Program-made: the position numbers and the translations under genes
Part shown: one piece after another, positions 41,630-61,800 of the stretch
Layout: each line of letters opens with the position of its first letter
How positions within the stretch are numbered: the stretch's first letter is position 1
The notes under the pieces: model-generated
Database searches by the model: none
What the model saw: the letters and a program-made list of their open reading frames with translations, nothing else
What the model was told of the DNA's origin: nothing
Assembly: GCA_012295275.1 (NCBI GenBank)
Contig: CM022665.1
Location: 16,492,001-16,556,000, forward strand
Reading direction: 5' to 3'
Origin: Chrysomallon squamiferum
Lineage: Eukaryota; Animalia; Mollusca
DNA: 64,000 bases

Positions 41630-43943
41630 TGTATGTATGTATATTTTGTTTATGTATTATTTAACTTTTTATTTAATATATTTATTTATGTATATTTTAT
41701 TATTTATTTACTTACTTATTTATGTATTATTTATTTGTGTATGTACATTTTATTTATGTATTATTTTTTAATTAATTTATTGTTTCTTATTATACTTATT
41801 TTTTTATTTAAAGTTTTCCAGCATCAGGTTTAAGTAAAAGCAGATGTTCAGATTTTACAATCAGAATTTTCTTATTAACAAATATTATTTACCTTTTAAT
41901 AATTTTTTTTGTTCTAAGGTAAGAAGGATTTATTCCTGAATAAATTCTTTCTTACCTTTTCAGAACTGATGGCTGTTTTAGATTGTTCAAAATAATTTAA
42001 AAAAAAAAAAAAAAATGAAAAAAAAAATGTTTAAAAACAAAATCCAAAAAAAAAAAAAAAATTTTCCTTGATTTAGAGGTTCAAGTATTTGAGTTTGTTG
42101 TTAATTATAAGATTTGAGTACATATTTTCAGATTATTTATTTATTTTTCAACAATATCTCCATCATTTATATTATAACAAGTAGCATATTAATAGTTTTA
42201 ATAAACTGATTGAATAATAATAATAATAATAAATTAAAAAGTAAAATAATAATTTAAAAAAAATTAAATAAATAAATAAATAAAAAAATTAAATATTTGA
42301 ATTTCTGATTTCAGATTATTTTTTCACCAATATCTCCATCACTGTAGCTACAAGTTATATGTTATAACAAGTAGCATATTAATAAATTGGTTGAATAACA
42401 GTAAAAAAAATATATATAATAAAAAAGTAAATAAATAAATAAATAAAATTAAATATCTGAGTTTCTATTTTCAGATTATTTATTTAATTTTCACCATTAT
42501 CTTCATCACTGTAGCTACAACAATTTTTAATAAACTGATTTAATAATAATAATAATAATAAAAAATATATACATATATGTATTTATATTAAAAAATTAAA
42601 ATACAAAAACATTAGGTAAAAAAAGAATTAAAAAAATTAAATATTAATATCCATTTTGTATTGTATGCTACAATAAAATTAAGATTATTATTATTATTAT
42701 TATTATTAATATTATTATTATATTTGTTGTGGGGTAGGACAATCATTCCTTACCGTTCAAAAATTATTGTTATTTAATGTACCTTAAATGCAGCAACAAG
42801 GAGTCACCTGGTGAGTGATGACACACCCACCTCAGAGTGGCTAATACGGGAAACTCATACTTGAAAAAAAAATTAAAAAACTAAAAAAATGTTTTAAAAA
42901 ATATTTTAAAAACTTACAAAATTTAAAAAAAAAAAAATGTTTAAAAAACTAAAACAAATGTTAATTTTTTTTTTTTTAAATGTAAAAAAAAAGTTAAAAA
43001 AACTAAACAAAATTTAAAAAATTGTTTAAATAATGGTTAAAAATTAAAAATACAAATATTTTAAAAAATAATAATAATAAATTTCCTTTCTTTAGAGGTT
43101 CAGGTATTTGTGTTTGTTGTTAATTAAAAGATTTGAGTTTTTATTTCCAGATTATTTTTTTTTTATTTTTCACCAACATCTCCATCACTGTAGCTACTAC
43201 ATATATAAGAAGTACCATATTAAAAAATAAAAAATAAAATAAAATAAAATTATATATATTAAAAAAGTAAAATAAGAAAAAAGTAAAAAAACCTTAAATA
43301 TTAGTATCCGTTTTGTATTCTATGCTAGGATAAAAAATGTATTATTATTATTATCATTATCATTATTATTATTATTATTTTTATTATTATTATTATTATA
43401 TTTGTTGTGGGGTAGGACAGTTATTGCTCACCATTCAAAAATTATTGTTATTTAAATGCAGCAACAAGGAGTCACCTGGTGAGTGATGACACCCCCACCT
43501 CAGAGTGGCTAATATGGGAAACTCATACTTGAAAAAAAAAAAAAAAAAATAACTTAAAAAAAAATGTTAAAAAAAGTTTTAAAAACTTAAAAATTTAAAA
43601 AAAAAAAAAAAAATGTATAAATTTCCTTTCTTTAGAGGTTCAGGTATTTTGTTTGTTATTAATTATAAGATTTAATTAGAAGATTTTTTTTTTTTTTTCA
43701 CCAACATCTCCATCACTATAGCTACTACATATATAACAAGTACCATATTAAAAATTAAAAAATAAAAAATAAAATAAAATTATATATATTAAAAAAGTAA
43801 ATAAGAAAAAAACCTTAAATATTAGTATGCGTTTTGTATTGTATGCTATGATAAAAATTTTAAGATTATTATTATTATTATTATTATTATATTTATTGTG
43901 GGTAGGACAATTATTCCTCACCGTTCAAAAATTATTGTTATTT

Positions 43944-44070
43944 AATGTACCTTAAATGCAGCAACAAGGAGTCACCTGGTGAGTGATGACACCCCCACCT
44001 CAGAGTGGCTAATACAGGAAACTCATACTTGAAAATGAGCTACTGGGGGACTGTTCACCTTAGGTACATT
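43944..44070 (+). ncRNA. candidate structured module, full copy 5
   Basis: Identical to copy 1. Confidence 0.35.
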
Positions 44071-47000
44071 CAGCTATTAGTTATGAATTCATTTCTTTAA
44101 TAAACTGCAATTTCTCTTTTTAAATAATATTTACACTGATGAAATGTAACTAAATTCAAAATGTTTATACATTATAGTTATTCATGTGTATGTATACTGT
44201 ACATATCTGTGTATCTATCTATTAACCTATCTATAGACACACACACACACACACACTCACACACTCTATTTATGATCTCACAATTTGACAAATTTACAAA
44301 TCATATTTAACATTTTACTAAAAAAAAAAAAAAAAAAAACAATTTTATTGTAAATTCTTTGAATATGCTTAATATTTTATTCATTAACTGAAAAATAATG
44401 AATTATTAAAGCATTTAAATAAATAGATTATAAAGCCTTATGTTTTTCATTGTTTTATTTTAGTTCAGTTATTTATTTACATTTATTAATCCTACCAAAG
44501 GGAAACCTCATAACCTTGGGCTATGACCAAAGCTGCTTTAATATATTTAAAAGTCATTTCGTGGGATAATAAGGAATATTATATGAGAGTTTTCATATTT
44601 TGTATAATTTGCAAATATCGGATGAATTTAGACTGGCTTGGGAAAGTTTCTGCAGCTATGAATCGGGATTTACTTTTATTGGGTTTTCTCTGCTAAATGT
44701 AAAAAGGACAAGTGACGAAGAATATACAACAAAGGACTGGCCTGAGAAACAATAGGTGATACATCAGTTACTTTGAGGTGTACAGAGAAATGTTTAGTTG
44801 TTAGTAGCATACATACACTTGACATTAGACTAACAAAATAATAACTTGGGTGTACATGTATTATATACGTGAATCAGTATAAACACATTTTAAATTACAG
44901 AATAAATTCAGAATGTTAAGCAATAAAATGTTAAAGTTTACTCTTTTCAAAACAGATTGAACTTTACTTCAGTAAAACTATAAATAAAATGCATTAATAT
45001 ATATCTACAGGTGATGTAAAATCAATTCATTATAACAGATGATGTGAAACAAATTAAACTTACTTTTAACTGCCTTGAGATCTCTAAAACGTACCTCGGT
45101 AACTTAACTTATACAAATGATATTTTATACTTTAGACACTTTGATATGTGATGTCATTTTTTTTATTAATTAAATAAAATCTTGCAAATAGAGAGGAATG
45201 GTTGAACAATAATAAAAAACAAATTTTTACATTTATTTTTTTTTTAAATCTTAAACGTATGTGTACCTCTAGTGATAAGAACAGAGTAAATCAATATTTC
45301 CTAATTATGTAGAATGACACTGATATTATTCGTTAAGTTTTATTTATTTATTTTCAGTTCTCTTTATGTTACTGAAGTGACAGATCAATAATTGAGGGGG
45401 TAGCTTATATATATATTTTGGGGGATTTCAATTAAAGAAAATAAAACAAAATTCTTTTCCAAAAAATGAGTAAATTTTATTTAAAGTGACAAAATCAAAA
45501 ATGATCACATTCTACAAATACATTTCTACTTGTAAATGTAATAGTAAAATAAATGAAATTTAAAAAAGTGAATACTGTCAAAAATGTACATCAAAAGCTA
45601 TTACATTTACACTAGTGTTGACTGTAAAATGTCTGTCTGTAACTAACACATTTTGATCAAGAAAAGTCTTAGAGACACTAACCCACAACCTTGACATGAA
45701 TTATATTTGTTTCATTTTCTATCTTCATGTATGACATATACAAGTAAACATTTTATTTAATGTGTTAACGACACTCAATACACTGGCATACTACAACATG
45801 GGCATTTAAAAAGTAAAAAAAGTTATACGTAATGTAATGGACAAATTATGGATTTTCTAGTAACAGTTTCCCAACTGAGGTTTGAACCTACAAATATGAT
45901 TAAATAAATGGAATATTCAATGATATAAATTGGAAGACATATCAATATACCACTTATAACACCTACATTTGTAATTCTAAAAATAATTCTGTGAATATTT
46001 ATATCAAAAAAGCACTTGAAAAGCATCTGTTTTTATTATTAAATTTTATGCAATATTTTTTTCATTAATTTGCACTGTTTTTTTTTTCTATTGTTATTAT
46101 GTAATTTTGATTTTGTTACTGCCATCGTCAAAGAAACTGCAGAGAGCAAACAGTAATTCAGTGTTATTAGCACTGGCATGAAGCATGCTTTACAGGATCA
46201 AACCTTCTTAGTCCACGCATTCAACAATTCCTCTTCACAGTCGGTACTCTTACTTTGTTATTTACAGTGTGAAGATGCACATACAGGAATGATTTGATTA
46301 TTATTCGTATTATTTTTAATTACTTTCAGATTTACCCTAAGATTCTTTTAACACATACTTTTTATATTTTTACCAGATATACTTTCTATTAAAAAGCAAC
46401 ACCAAAATGCTTACCAAAAAAGCAAATTCACAATTCCATATTATACAAGCAAAATAATAAATTGACCATTAACCAGAAACTATGCTGCAAGTTCTACACA
46501 CTGCACAAAATATACACATCCATACACACAGAGAAACAAAAAAACATAAAAACTAAAAATATGATAATAAACAATATTGTTAATGAATGGACACAGATGC
46601 AATGTAATGAAATTCAAAATGTAAAATTTCAGTTGTAGCCCAACTTTCTACTGATAACTCATCTAAAGTTTAAAAAAATCATGTCACGCTGGAATCTACA
46701 ATTAAAACCATTTAAAAATAATAAATGTGAACACTATGTTCAAAAAGAAGCCATGAAGAAACAAATGTCAATATAATTTCTGAAATATTTCACCAGTAAC
46801 ACAACTGTTGGGAAATTCTGCAAATTTGAAGAAAAAAAGAATAAAAAAAAGAAAAAAGAAAAAAATTCATCATGGCTAGACCAAATTTTTTTTGGACAGA
46901 TATATAATGATTTAGTCACACATTAATTTAAAACATATTTTAGCTCAAACAATTCAAATCTTCACTGTAAAGGTAATTTTATGTATAACTTGATGTAAAC

Positions 47001-48251
47001 GTAAATGTTGGGGAAAGATAAAATATATAATATTGAAAAAATAATAATAAAAATGAAAAAAAATATTTGTAAAAAAAAAAAGGTACTAGGGACAGTTTAA
47101 AATAAGCATATAAAATGTTCAAATAATATATTTGAGATTCTAAACATGATGATTTCTGCTGAGGATAAAAAATTGTCAAATCTATTGTTGAAAATATAAA
47201 ATGTCACCTAAAACAGTAACATGTCAGGGCACTCTGACAAAATATTTTCTTCAGACATTGACATGAACTCAGTCTGTACTCTAGGCATGGGTTAATTTGA
47301 TTTATACCTCACTGAAAACTAATTTGTAAAGATCAAAAGAGATAAATAATAAATCTGTAGAACATCAGAAATAACGCATGATTTCCAGCATCGAATAAAA
47401 ACCACAGAGACATAACAGAATCAGATAAATAAATAAATACTTGTATATCTTCAAATAACACAAATTAAAAGTACTGGGTAAATACTACCATTTACTGGTG
47501 TCAAGAAAATTGTGCTATATTCTGTCTAGAATTTCATTCTGTATTAAACAATCTTCCTCAGATTGATTAATCATTAACTCTTCTTCTTTTTTTTTTTAAT
47601 TAATTAAAGGTATTAAGTAACCTGGGATGAAAATAAACAAGGAACAGTTGTCTATTTAAAGAAATACTCTTCTATGTTACATAAATCATTATATCAGTAC
47701 AGAATATATGAAATAGAATTTCCTATCTTCACATAACACAATGTTTTATTAATTTTTAAATGAATTATTAGTAGCAAGGTATCTTTTGTTCAAAGACTAG
47801 AAAGAACATATCATGGCCTTTGTAATACATCTGGCAAAAATAAGATAATACAAAAAAGTACAAATTTTCGTCCCACTATTTGTATAATAATAATAATGTG
47901 CTGATAAATTGAGAACATCATAATTATACTTACATTTTGTTGTTTGTAAAATGCTCATATATAATGCCTAATAATCACTTATCATTTTGCTGTTTAAACT
48001 ATTTTTGTATCAAAATATAATTATTTTTTTTGAAATCTAGTCACATGTCCAGAACATAATATAAATCTATCTTGTACATACTGCAACATATATTTTCTGA
48101 ACATTCAGCTTTAGTTTGTGTGCGTCACTTTTTGTTGTTTAAAAATTCTTTGTTTCCATCAGTAAAAATTTATCAGATTATGTCAACCTGGTCTTTCATG
48201 TAAAAAATTGAAAAACATATTTAAAAAAATGCAGGTTACTGCATTGGTTTA

Positions 48252-52515
<4,264 letters not shown>

Positions 52516-52522
<7 letters not shown>

Positions 52523-52876
52523 TTTTTAGTCATGTGACTTCAATTGATTTTCATAAATGTTATTTTCAAATAAATGTCGATTTTAAACTTTAAAATTAAC
52601 CTTATTTATAAAAAAAATGTGCAAGCTTGATGCCTTATTTCAAACATAAAATATTTGTGTAAAAAGTGATTTTATATATGTAGTGATTAAAGTCTAATAT
52701 TTATAAAAAGCTGATAAATATAAATTTTCTGTTTCATCTTTTATGTTTTGCCGAATTTATAATTTATAAAGTCTCGATTTTCAATTTTGTTTTGTCAAGA
52801 TAAGCACGATTACTGACGTCATTACGCGGGAAGTAGTGATTTTTCCCGCATTTATAATTGTTTGTGTTTATCCATA
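52516..52876. promoter_or_regulatory. bidirectional promoter between ZC4H2 and MSH2
   Basis: 354 bp separate the divergent ATGs. CRE TGACGTCA at 52814-52821; E2F-like GCGGGAA at 52826-52832 and TTTTCCCGC at 52841-52849; E-box GTCATGTGAC at 52529-52538; YY1-like CCGCCATTTT at 52516-52525. Confidence 0.8.
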
Positions 52877-55800
52877 ATGGCTGTTCAACCCAAACAAGAA
52901 TTACAGCTTGGTACGATTGTATTTTGTATAATCTGAAATAGTTAAGAAGAATTTAGTTGTTTCATTAAATACTTTACAAGCTACCAACATTTTTCACAGA
53001 AAATCACACAGTGTTATGCTTGTCAAAACGTTTGGTAAAAGTACTACTGGTAGTAATTAAAATAAAATTTAGTCAACTATTAGTATTACTCATTTTTACT
53101 GTTTATACACTTAATAAAATTATTGACGCACAAATTGTTTTGAAAATCAGATTAATCTTCAGTTCATAAACTTAAAACATCTGTTCATTGTTACATCTTC
53201 TCTGATAGGATACTATTCTGAGACATTATAATGATTATTATATGATTACTTTGTAACTCAGGCTTGTGCCAAGTTGTGGAAAAGTAACATGAACATACTA
53301 ATGTTATGTATGTGACAAAATTAAAAAATATAATTTTCCTCAAAAATTATGTATCGTCAGAAAGAAATTTTAAATTTGTATATATATATATATATATTAT
53401 ATATATAAAGCAGAGTAAAATGACACTAAGATACCTTTCACAGCACTGATATGAAGTATTTGTCGGTATTTTTCCTTCAGAATCACTAGAGAAACTGTTT
53501 CATTTCCATCTTTTGGCAACATAAACACTGAATATCTCATAGATTCCAACCAATAAACATGTAATGTGTATCAAAATGAAACTTCACATTTTTCTAGAGC
53601 TATACAGTATTTTTAAGCATGTTGTTATCATTCATGCAGATTAATTAATCAGTTAATTAATTATACTAATTAGTTCAGACATACCTTCTATCTTAATTAT
53701 GCAGTTCTAAGAAACTGAACCGGTATACATAAACTGATAAAAGGATACTCAATCATTTTTTAAGATTGGTGAATTGTAGACATTTTCAAAAATTTTGCTA
53801 AGATTAATTTTTTTTTACTGCTTAATTAATAACATTAATTAGCATTAAATTGCCTTATGACTTCATTAAACAGATATAACATTTTTTTTCATAAAAGTCT
53901 AACTTGCTAAGAACTGTCTTCATAATCAACACCTTATCACAAAGAAAATATGAAATATCAAATTTTTCATACATAGGCAGCAACAATAGTAGTTAGTCAT
54001 GTCATTTGCTGAGAGCATCACATGTTTTGGTAACCAGAATTAAGTACCTGCTACCCCAAGTATTTGTGTGACATTTGGCACACTACGAGAAAAATGTATA
54101 ATTTGTAACTTGTATTTTGATTTAAATTCCAGAATAAGCTTAGTCATACTATGATCATTTTGAAATGATAAACTTGTCTGTTGATTCTCCGTTGTTTATC
54201 AAAGACAACATGTCAAGAAATGACATATGTATACTACGTCATTATGTGGGATTTTGTTTTTTGAAAATAAATAAAAATAAAGACAAAACAGAATCATGAA
54301 TGTGGGACCCACCCTTTCCAGGAAAACACAAATGCGTCGCAAAAGTCATGTAACATTCTAATATGGCATTTGTCATAGAGCTACTGATGTAAATATTAAA
54401 TGATTCTTCAATATCCATTGCACACAAATAGATTTCAGATAACTGATCTGCAAAACATACAGCATATAAATCAGGTTTATGGTTGAGCATTTTTATTTTA
54501 TTTTAATTTATTGATTTTTTAATTTTTGTTTTTTAATTTACAGATAATGTTCAAGAACAAGGGTTTTTAGCTTTTTACAGATCACTTCCAGAGGTTTGTG
54601 AAAAAATGTTTAATTTTAGATTCTAATATATAAAAATAATAATTAAAAGCAGAAGAAGAGTGCTAAGCCTAATTATAAGAAAAATATTAAAATACCAAAA
54701 TGGCCTCTCCACCATTACAATCTTTTAATCATTTCCAGAGTATACAGTATTAAGATACAAGATTGGTGTTATTGTTAACATTCCATCAGAGATAGCAATT
54801 GTTAGGCCATTTTTAAGAAAAAATTTAAAACCTTTTAAAAAGTGAAAGTAAAATTATTGCATGTAAAAGGTTTTAGAAAGTCATGTATATAAGATACAAT
54901 TTTTTTAAAGTTTTTTTTTTTTTTTTTTTTTTTTTTTTCAGAAAGCAAGCACAACATTCAGATTTTTTGATAGAATTGTAAGTATTGAAATTTGAAAATT
55001 TGTTGGAGAAATAAATGCAAGCAAATGATGTTTGAAATGGCATTAAAACAATTACATCTTAAACATAAATGAGTTGGTAGTAGGAACACATATTAATGTT
55101 TGTAACTATTTACCATGGATAAATTACAAACTGAATAATATGATAATTTCAAACACTGTCAATAAATTTCATCATTATAACATTCATCATGGTTATCAGA
55201 AAAAAGACAATTATAATTAAGTAAATGAATATGCCATAATTATACTGAAGAATGGAAATACCTCATATGAGTTACATATTCCAACACACATATAATAGAT
55301 CATAATTCCTTTTCTTGTTATCATTTTACACGCTGAAATCCAACAAAGAAAAAAGATTTTACAAACTGAGTAAATGTTTAGTTTATACATTCAGTAACAT
55401 CTCTGTTTCAGGATTACTACACAACTCATGGACAAGATGCTGTGTTTGTTGCCAAAGAAGTTTTCAAAACTTCGGGAGTTATTAAATATCTGGGTTCAGG
55501 TAAATAAGTTTACAAATTAATGTTGATATATTAAGGGTATAGGTGATAGAGCTCTCACCTTGAATATCTGTCACAGTTTCATTTCTCCCAGGTTTGCATA
55601 CACTCCTGTTCCATATTCCAAATCCTTTACAAAACCTGTTTAGAAGAAGCCCACAGTATGTTCCTTGCTGTAGGTGGGAAGGTTCATGAAAAAGGTGGGA
55701 ACAGTAGACCATGGAGTTACAATTAAGTGTTCTTCTTTGATTTAAAAAATATTTTCCAGTAATTTTTAATTTTATAATATCCTAAGGCAATGGTGCAAAA

Positions 55801-58800
55801 CTATGACATGCAAGGGCATTTTAAGTGACACATGCGACACTAAGTACCTTGGACATTGATTTAATATAATCTCGAATATTTTTGATCACATAATTTAAAA
55901 GTTAATAGAAAAGAACTGCTTGCTGTATTATATTTATTGTACAATATACTTACATAGCATATATATATTCATATACTTGTGTGTCAAAATCATAATGTAA
56001 TATACCATTTAACAATATAAATTTAGAAGTGACACATGACGATATAAAAATGACTAAAATATAAAAGTATTGATGCGCCTAACATCAAAGTTCTGCCACC
56101 TCTGTCCTAAGGTGTCATTAATCAGACATTCATCCTGTTTGAAATCTAAATTTGTGAATTTCACAACATACCCACAGATGTTTACAAAAACTTGCCAGAT
56201 ACTATTCAAATCATACTAACAACAAAAAGGAAAAAACAAAGTGTTATTATTTATTAACAAATTTTCAAAAATTTGTAAAACTATATATGTACCTCCATTT
56301 TTTTGGTCTTGTTATTTCAACATGTGATTCATCCATTTATTTATTCATTTTTAGATCTTTCATTTTCAGACATGTTTTTTTTTTCTTTTCTTTTCTCTGT
56401 CAGGTAACAACAGGATTGAGTCTGTTGTTCTTAGTAAGATGAATTTCGAATCACTGGTTCGAGATCTGCTGTTGGTGAGGCAGTATCGAGTGGAAGTCTA
56501 TAAAAACAAGGGTGGTATGAAAAACAATGACTGGACAGTCGCATACAAGGTGATTAAGATATAACTTAATTAATCAGATCACTGCTTAAATTATAAATTG
56601 AAAATGTACTCCTACTTGTGATCTAAATAAAATTGTATTTAATCCCACATAATACAAAACTTTAAAAATCCTCCTCTTTAATTTTCGCTAAAAGCCCTAA
56701 AATTGTAATCAAATTTAAAAATAAATGGCTAATTGTGAAAAATGTTTATAAAAGTGGAAAGAGGTTAATGTTTAGTTAGCTATTTATGTTATCTAAATCT
56801 GTTTAGGCTTCACCAGGAAACCTAACTGAGTTTGAAGAGATTCTGTTTGGTAGCAATGACATGGCTGCGTCAGCTGGTGTGATTGGGGTCAAACTTGGCT
56901 CAGAGAATGGACAGCGGGTAAGAAAGAATGTTATAAAATTGATGCCCATTGAAGATGTTAATTTTCTCTATCTATTAGAATTTTTTTAACTTAAATGATG
57001 AAGATGATTTTCAGACTGAATAAACATTAAATTCTGTTTAAGTTTTCCAGTTTGATGTATATAAAATATATCTTTAGTACTGCCAACAAATAACTATAAT
57101 AAGATTTTATACTTCAATAATGATTAAATTTATCTATAGTCATTTATTGATGCAGTATTCTTTTTTATTATTTTCAATGGGTTTTTTTTAATTATTTGTT
57201 TTTTTTCCTATTATTATGTATTATAAATTATTCTTATTATTTTTTTAATGTTATATTTTTTATATTTAAATATAATTAAATTAATAATTGTTTTATTTCA
57301 GGTGGTGGGTGTGGCTTATGCAGATGCAACACTAAGAAAATTTATGATCAGTGAATTCACAGATAATGATCAGTTCTCAAATCTTGAGGTAAACAGACGT
57401 TTTTTTGTGTGTTTTTTAATTTAAAATTAATTTGGCTCAGCAGTTAGAGTACTTCTCTTCTGTTGTACCATCAATAACAACAATTTCAGTACTTGTCTGT
57501 TGTAAGATGGTTTGTAAAGCCAATCGACAGAAGTGCTGTCAAACTTGAACTTAAAAAAAAACTTAAAAGAAAATAATGATCTCAGAGACAAAATTATTTT
57601 GAATAATACAATGGCACTCCCCATCTATGATAAATACATAGAAAATGTGAAATTAATATTGTTTGTATCTTTTTTTTTTCTTAAAAAAAAAGAAGAAGAA
57701 AATAATTATTTCATTTAAGTTGTACATTACAAATGTAAAATAAAGAGAAAATCATACAGTTAATACATATTTTTATAATGTTTTTACAGGCACTGATTGT
57801 TCAGCTTGGACCTAAGGAATGTGTTTTGATGGCTGGTGATGTAACAGGGGATGCTGGGAAATTAAAACAAGTAGTTGAGAGAAGTGGGCTGCTTATCACT
57901 GAAAAGAAAAGAAGTACATTTATTTTATTTTATTTTTTCCAATTTTTCTCACATTTTAATTTTGAGTAGCTCAGTGGTTGAGCATTTGTCTGAGGCAGTA
58001 AGGATAATAGAATCAGTATTCTGCAGCTGTTGTTTTAAAATACGTTATTATTTTGTTTTACAGGTGGGTTTTGGGGTTTCTTTTTTTTAATTAGATTAAT
58101 TATTGTCATTTAATGTAAATTTGTTGTTTTTGTTAACAGAAAGAAATAATACTGTATAATATGATAACTACTACTTAATTTAATAAATTTGAATTTCATT
58201 TCACATTAGTATATTTTTTAGCCGTTATATTTTTGTTTAGTTTTAATATTCATGAATTTCTTCTTTAATACAGTAGTATTTAGTAATAAAAATAATCTGA
58301 CTAAGCTGTTTTTTTAGATGATTTTTCAAACAAAGATGTTGTTCAGGATTTGAATCGACTACTCAAATTTAAGAAAGATGAACAGCCAAATTGTGCAACA
58401 ATGCGTATGTGTATTTTTGTATCTATTTTGTTTCAGATTAATGTATTAAGAAAATATTTAATTTTTTCTTTTTAAATTGTCATCTTTGATAAATATCATT
58501 ATGTAAGTATGCAATTTTGGGTTTTAGATTTTGTTTTAGATTAAAATTTCACATTTAATATACAGATATATTTCTTGCATATGAAATGCAACTTCGCTCT
58601 GATTTTGGGGTGGTCTTTTTTGTTTGTTTCTAATATGATCAAAATATATTATATTTATTTTGTTTTTGATTTGATTTGTAGCAACATTTTGACACAAAAT
58701 ATCTCAGATTTTAATGAAAGTGAATGGTTTACTTTCTTTTTATTATTACATTTCTACACACTACTTTTTTTACAGCCGAGTTGGATAAGACACAGGCTAC

Positions 58801-61800
58801 TTGTGCACTGTCAGCAGTTATCAGATATTTAGAGGTAAAATTTATATTCATTTTGTTATATTCAACTCTCAGTAATCTGTCAATTTTCAGACACCTACTA
58901 CACAAACCTAACATAGCTAAAGTGATAAACACATAATCAAAATCTGATTCTTTAATTTTATTTTCACTTTTATTTTTTTGTTCTATCAAACTTTAAAGAA
59001 TTGATAATCCTTAATCCTAGAAATGCTTTATCATTTGAGATTTTCATATGTATTTCTTGAAAAAAAGAATATACTGTTAAATTATTTCTGTATTAAGTTG
59101 CAGAAAACATGATGAATAAATTTTGCTTTATTATGTTTTTATATATATTTCATATTAATTGCTAATGAGAAATGTAGCTTCATTATATTTTATTAATTAA
59201 TATACATACATATATATATATATTCATCTTCTTTCCTTACTGGTTATTGGTTATTATACTTCATTTGTTTTTCTGTCAGTTGCTCTCAGATGAGGGTAAT
59301 TTTGGTCAGTTCTCGATGAAAACATTTGACTTAAGTCAGTACATGAAACTTGATGCTGCTGCTGTCAGAGCTCTCAATCTGCTGCCCAGTCCAAATGAAG
59401 GTTAGATTAACCTTCCTTGTTATTTTATTTGTTTTTTTATTTATTTATTTATTTATTTGTGTTTTTATTATTTTTTTAAATTTTATAATTATTCTTATAA
59501 TATATAATTTTGGTTATTTTTATGTGTGTAGTGATTTTGAATAAATCAAGGATGCAACTAACTTTTACAATGTATCGTTAAATATTCATTAAAAATTTAA
59601 ATTTCCTATTTGTATTTTTAGCTTTAAATTATTTTTACCAACTTTGTTATAATTATTTATTTATTTATTTTGGTTTTGAAGGTGGAAACAAAAACCAGAG
59701 TGTTCTGGGTTTGTTGAACAAGTGTAGGACCCCTCAGGGCCAGAGACTGATGGGTCAATGGGTGAAACAACCACTAATTGACCAGAACAGAATAGGTAGG
59801 TACATAGAATATTTCTGAAAAGAGTTATTTATCAAAATGTTATATTGTATAGACTGGATTTATTAGTGTCTCTAATGTTTAAATATCAAGGTTTTGAAAA
59901 TACATTGATAATAATTTGACATGTTGATAACAGTATATAACGTAATCTTGTACAAATGTGAAAAATGCAGAAATTATTTATTTATTCTTTTTTTTTTTAT
60001 AATTTGAAAATTTTAGAAATATTTTGTCATGGAAATTATAATAAAACCATTAAGAAGAAACCTTCTTGAAAGAAAAACAGTTTGACACATTCATTACACA
60101 TTCTGAGTTTCTAGTATGTATTTTTTTTAAATTTCCTCAGATGTTAAGGCACAACTTACTCAGAAATGTAATAATTTTGAAACATAAAGATGTTTATTTC
60201 TCATTACAGAGGAGAGACTGAATATTGTGGAAGCCATGATGGAGGATGCTGAACTTCGGCAGACATTGCAGGATGAACAGCTGAGGAAGATTCCAGATTT
60301 TCAAAGACTTGCCAAAAAATTCCAGAGAAAGAAAGCAACACTACAAGTAAATAATAAATACTGAGACTTCTTGAAGCTGTTATTCTCATTATTATTTAAT
60401 TTTATTACTGTTGTCATTTTTTTTTTTTTTTTTAATTAAGATATTTTATGTCTTTTTCAGAAAACAAATTTACAGTTTATTTCACTGAATTTAACAAATT
60501 TGAAATCTGGTATGATTTAATTTCTTGAATAATTTAAAAAAAAAAAAATTCATAACAAAAATAATTCTTAATTAATCAGCAGCTTTCATATGACATTCAG
60601 CTTTGTTAAATTAAATTTTAAAAACCAGTATATATATAAAACTTCAAGTTGTTTCCTAGTCTATTCTTTAGTTTTCTGAACATTTAGTTAAATATTTGAA
60701 CACTATGTTTGTTTCTTCAGGATTGTTATCGAGTGTATCAAGCTGTAGATAAAATGCCATACTTGTTGGAGACTCTAGAGAAACATGGTGGAACTCACTT
60801 GCAGTTAATCATGGAGATATTCACTAATCCTTTGAAGGTGCTGTAATTTTAAAATTTTATTTCTGAAGATGTAGTATTGTTTGTGAAAGTGTTTAATATC
60901 TCTGCAGAGATAGCTAGTAAAAATATTCAGGTCTGTTGGACGTCTCTGTTATAGAAATATACTGTTATTTTTTAAACTGGCTTTTTAAAAAGATTTTATT
61001 TATATTTTAAATTGAACATATTTAAAAAGAGAGAGAGATAAATAAATAAATACAAATACAAAAATTTATCTTTACAAACATTCAAAGTAATAAATGCTTG
61101 TGCGGGAATGTATAATGAATTCAAATCTTTTTTTCTCACCAGTAATTATTGGAAAACATTGTGTATATAGTTTTTATTGTTCAGACTTGTACCTGTAAAT
61201 AATTCAAAATTTTATATAAAATTTATATAATGTTTCAGGAGCTGCTCATGGATTTCTCAAAGTTTCAAGAAATGGTTGAATCCACAATGGACTTGAGTCA
61301 GGTGGAGAATCATGAGTTTGTTATCAAACCAGACTTTGATGAGAATTTGGCTGGTCAGTGAGCTTAAATCTTTCTCTTTTTTTTAAAAATAAAATTAAAT
61401 CTTCAGAGACAGAGGGTGTTACAGGTTACAGAATGATGTTAATGTATTTTATAGGGGTTTTTTTCTCAGTAAAACCTGTTAAAAAAATTGTTTTACATCA
61501 ATTTGGAATATTTACATATCTGTATTACTAAATAATTTTAAAGCATAGATTACATTCTTTCCAAAATATTACTATGATGATTATTATATTGTTGATCATA
61601 TTATTAATATTTTTATTATTAGTATTATTATATACACACATCTATATTGCATATTTATATCATGTACATAATATACATCTCTATCTTACCTTTATATATT
61701 TATATTAATATCTCTAGACTTTATAAAAATAAATTTTAATTTATTATTTGCAGCACTAAGGGAAAAAATAGATGAAATTGAAGATGGAATTAAAGGGCAG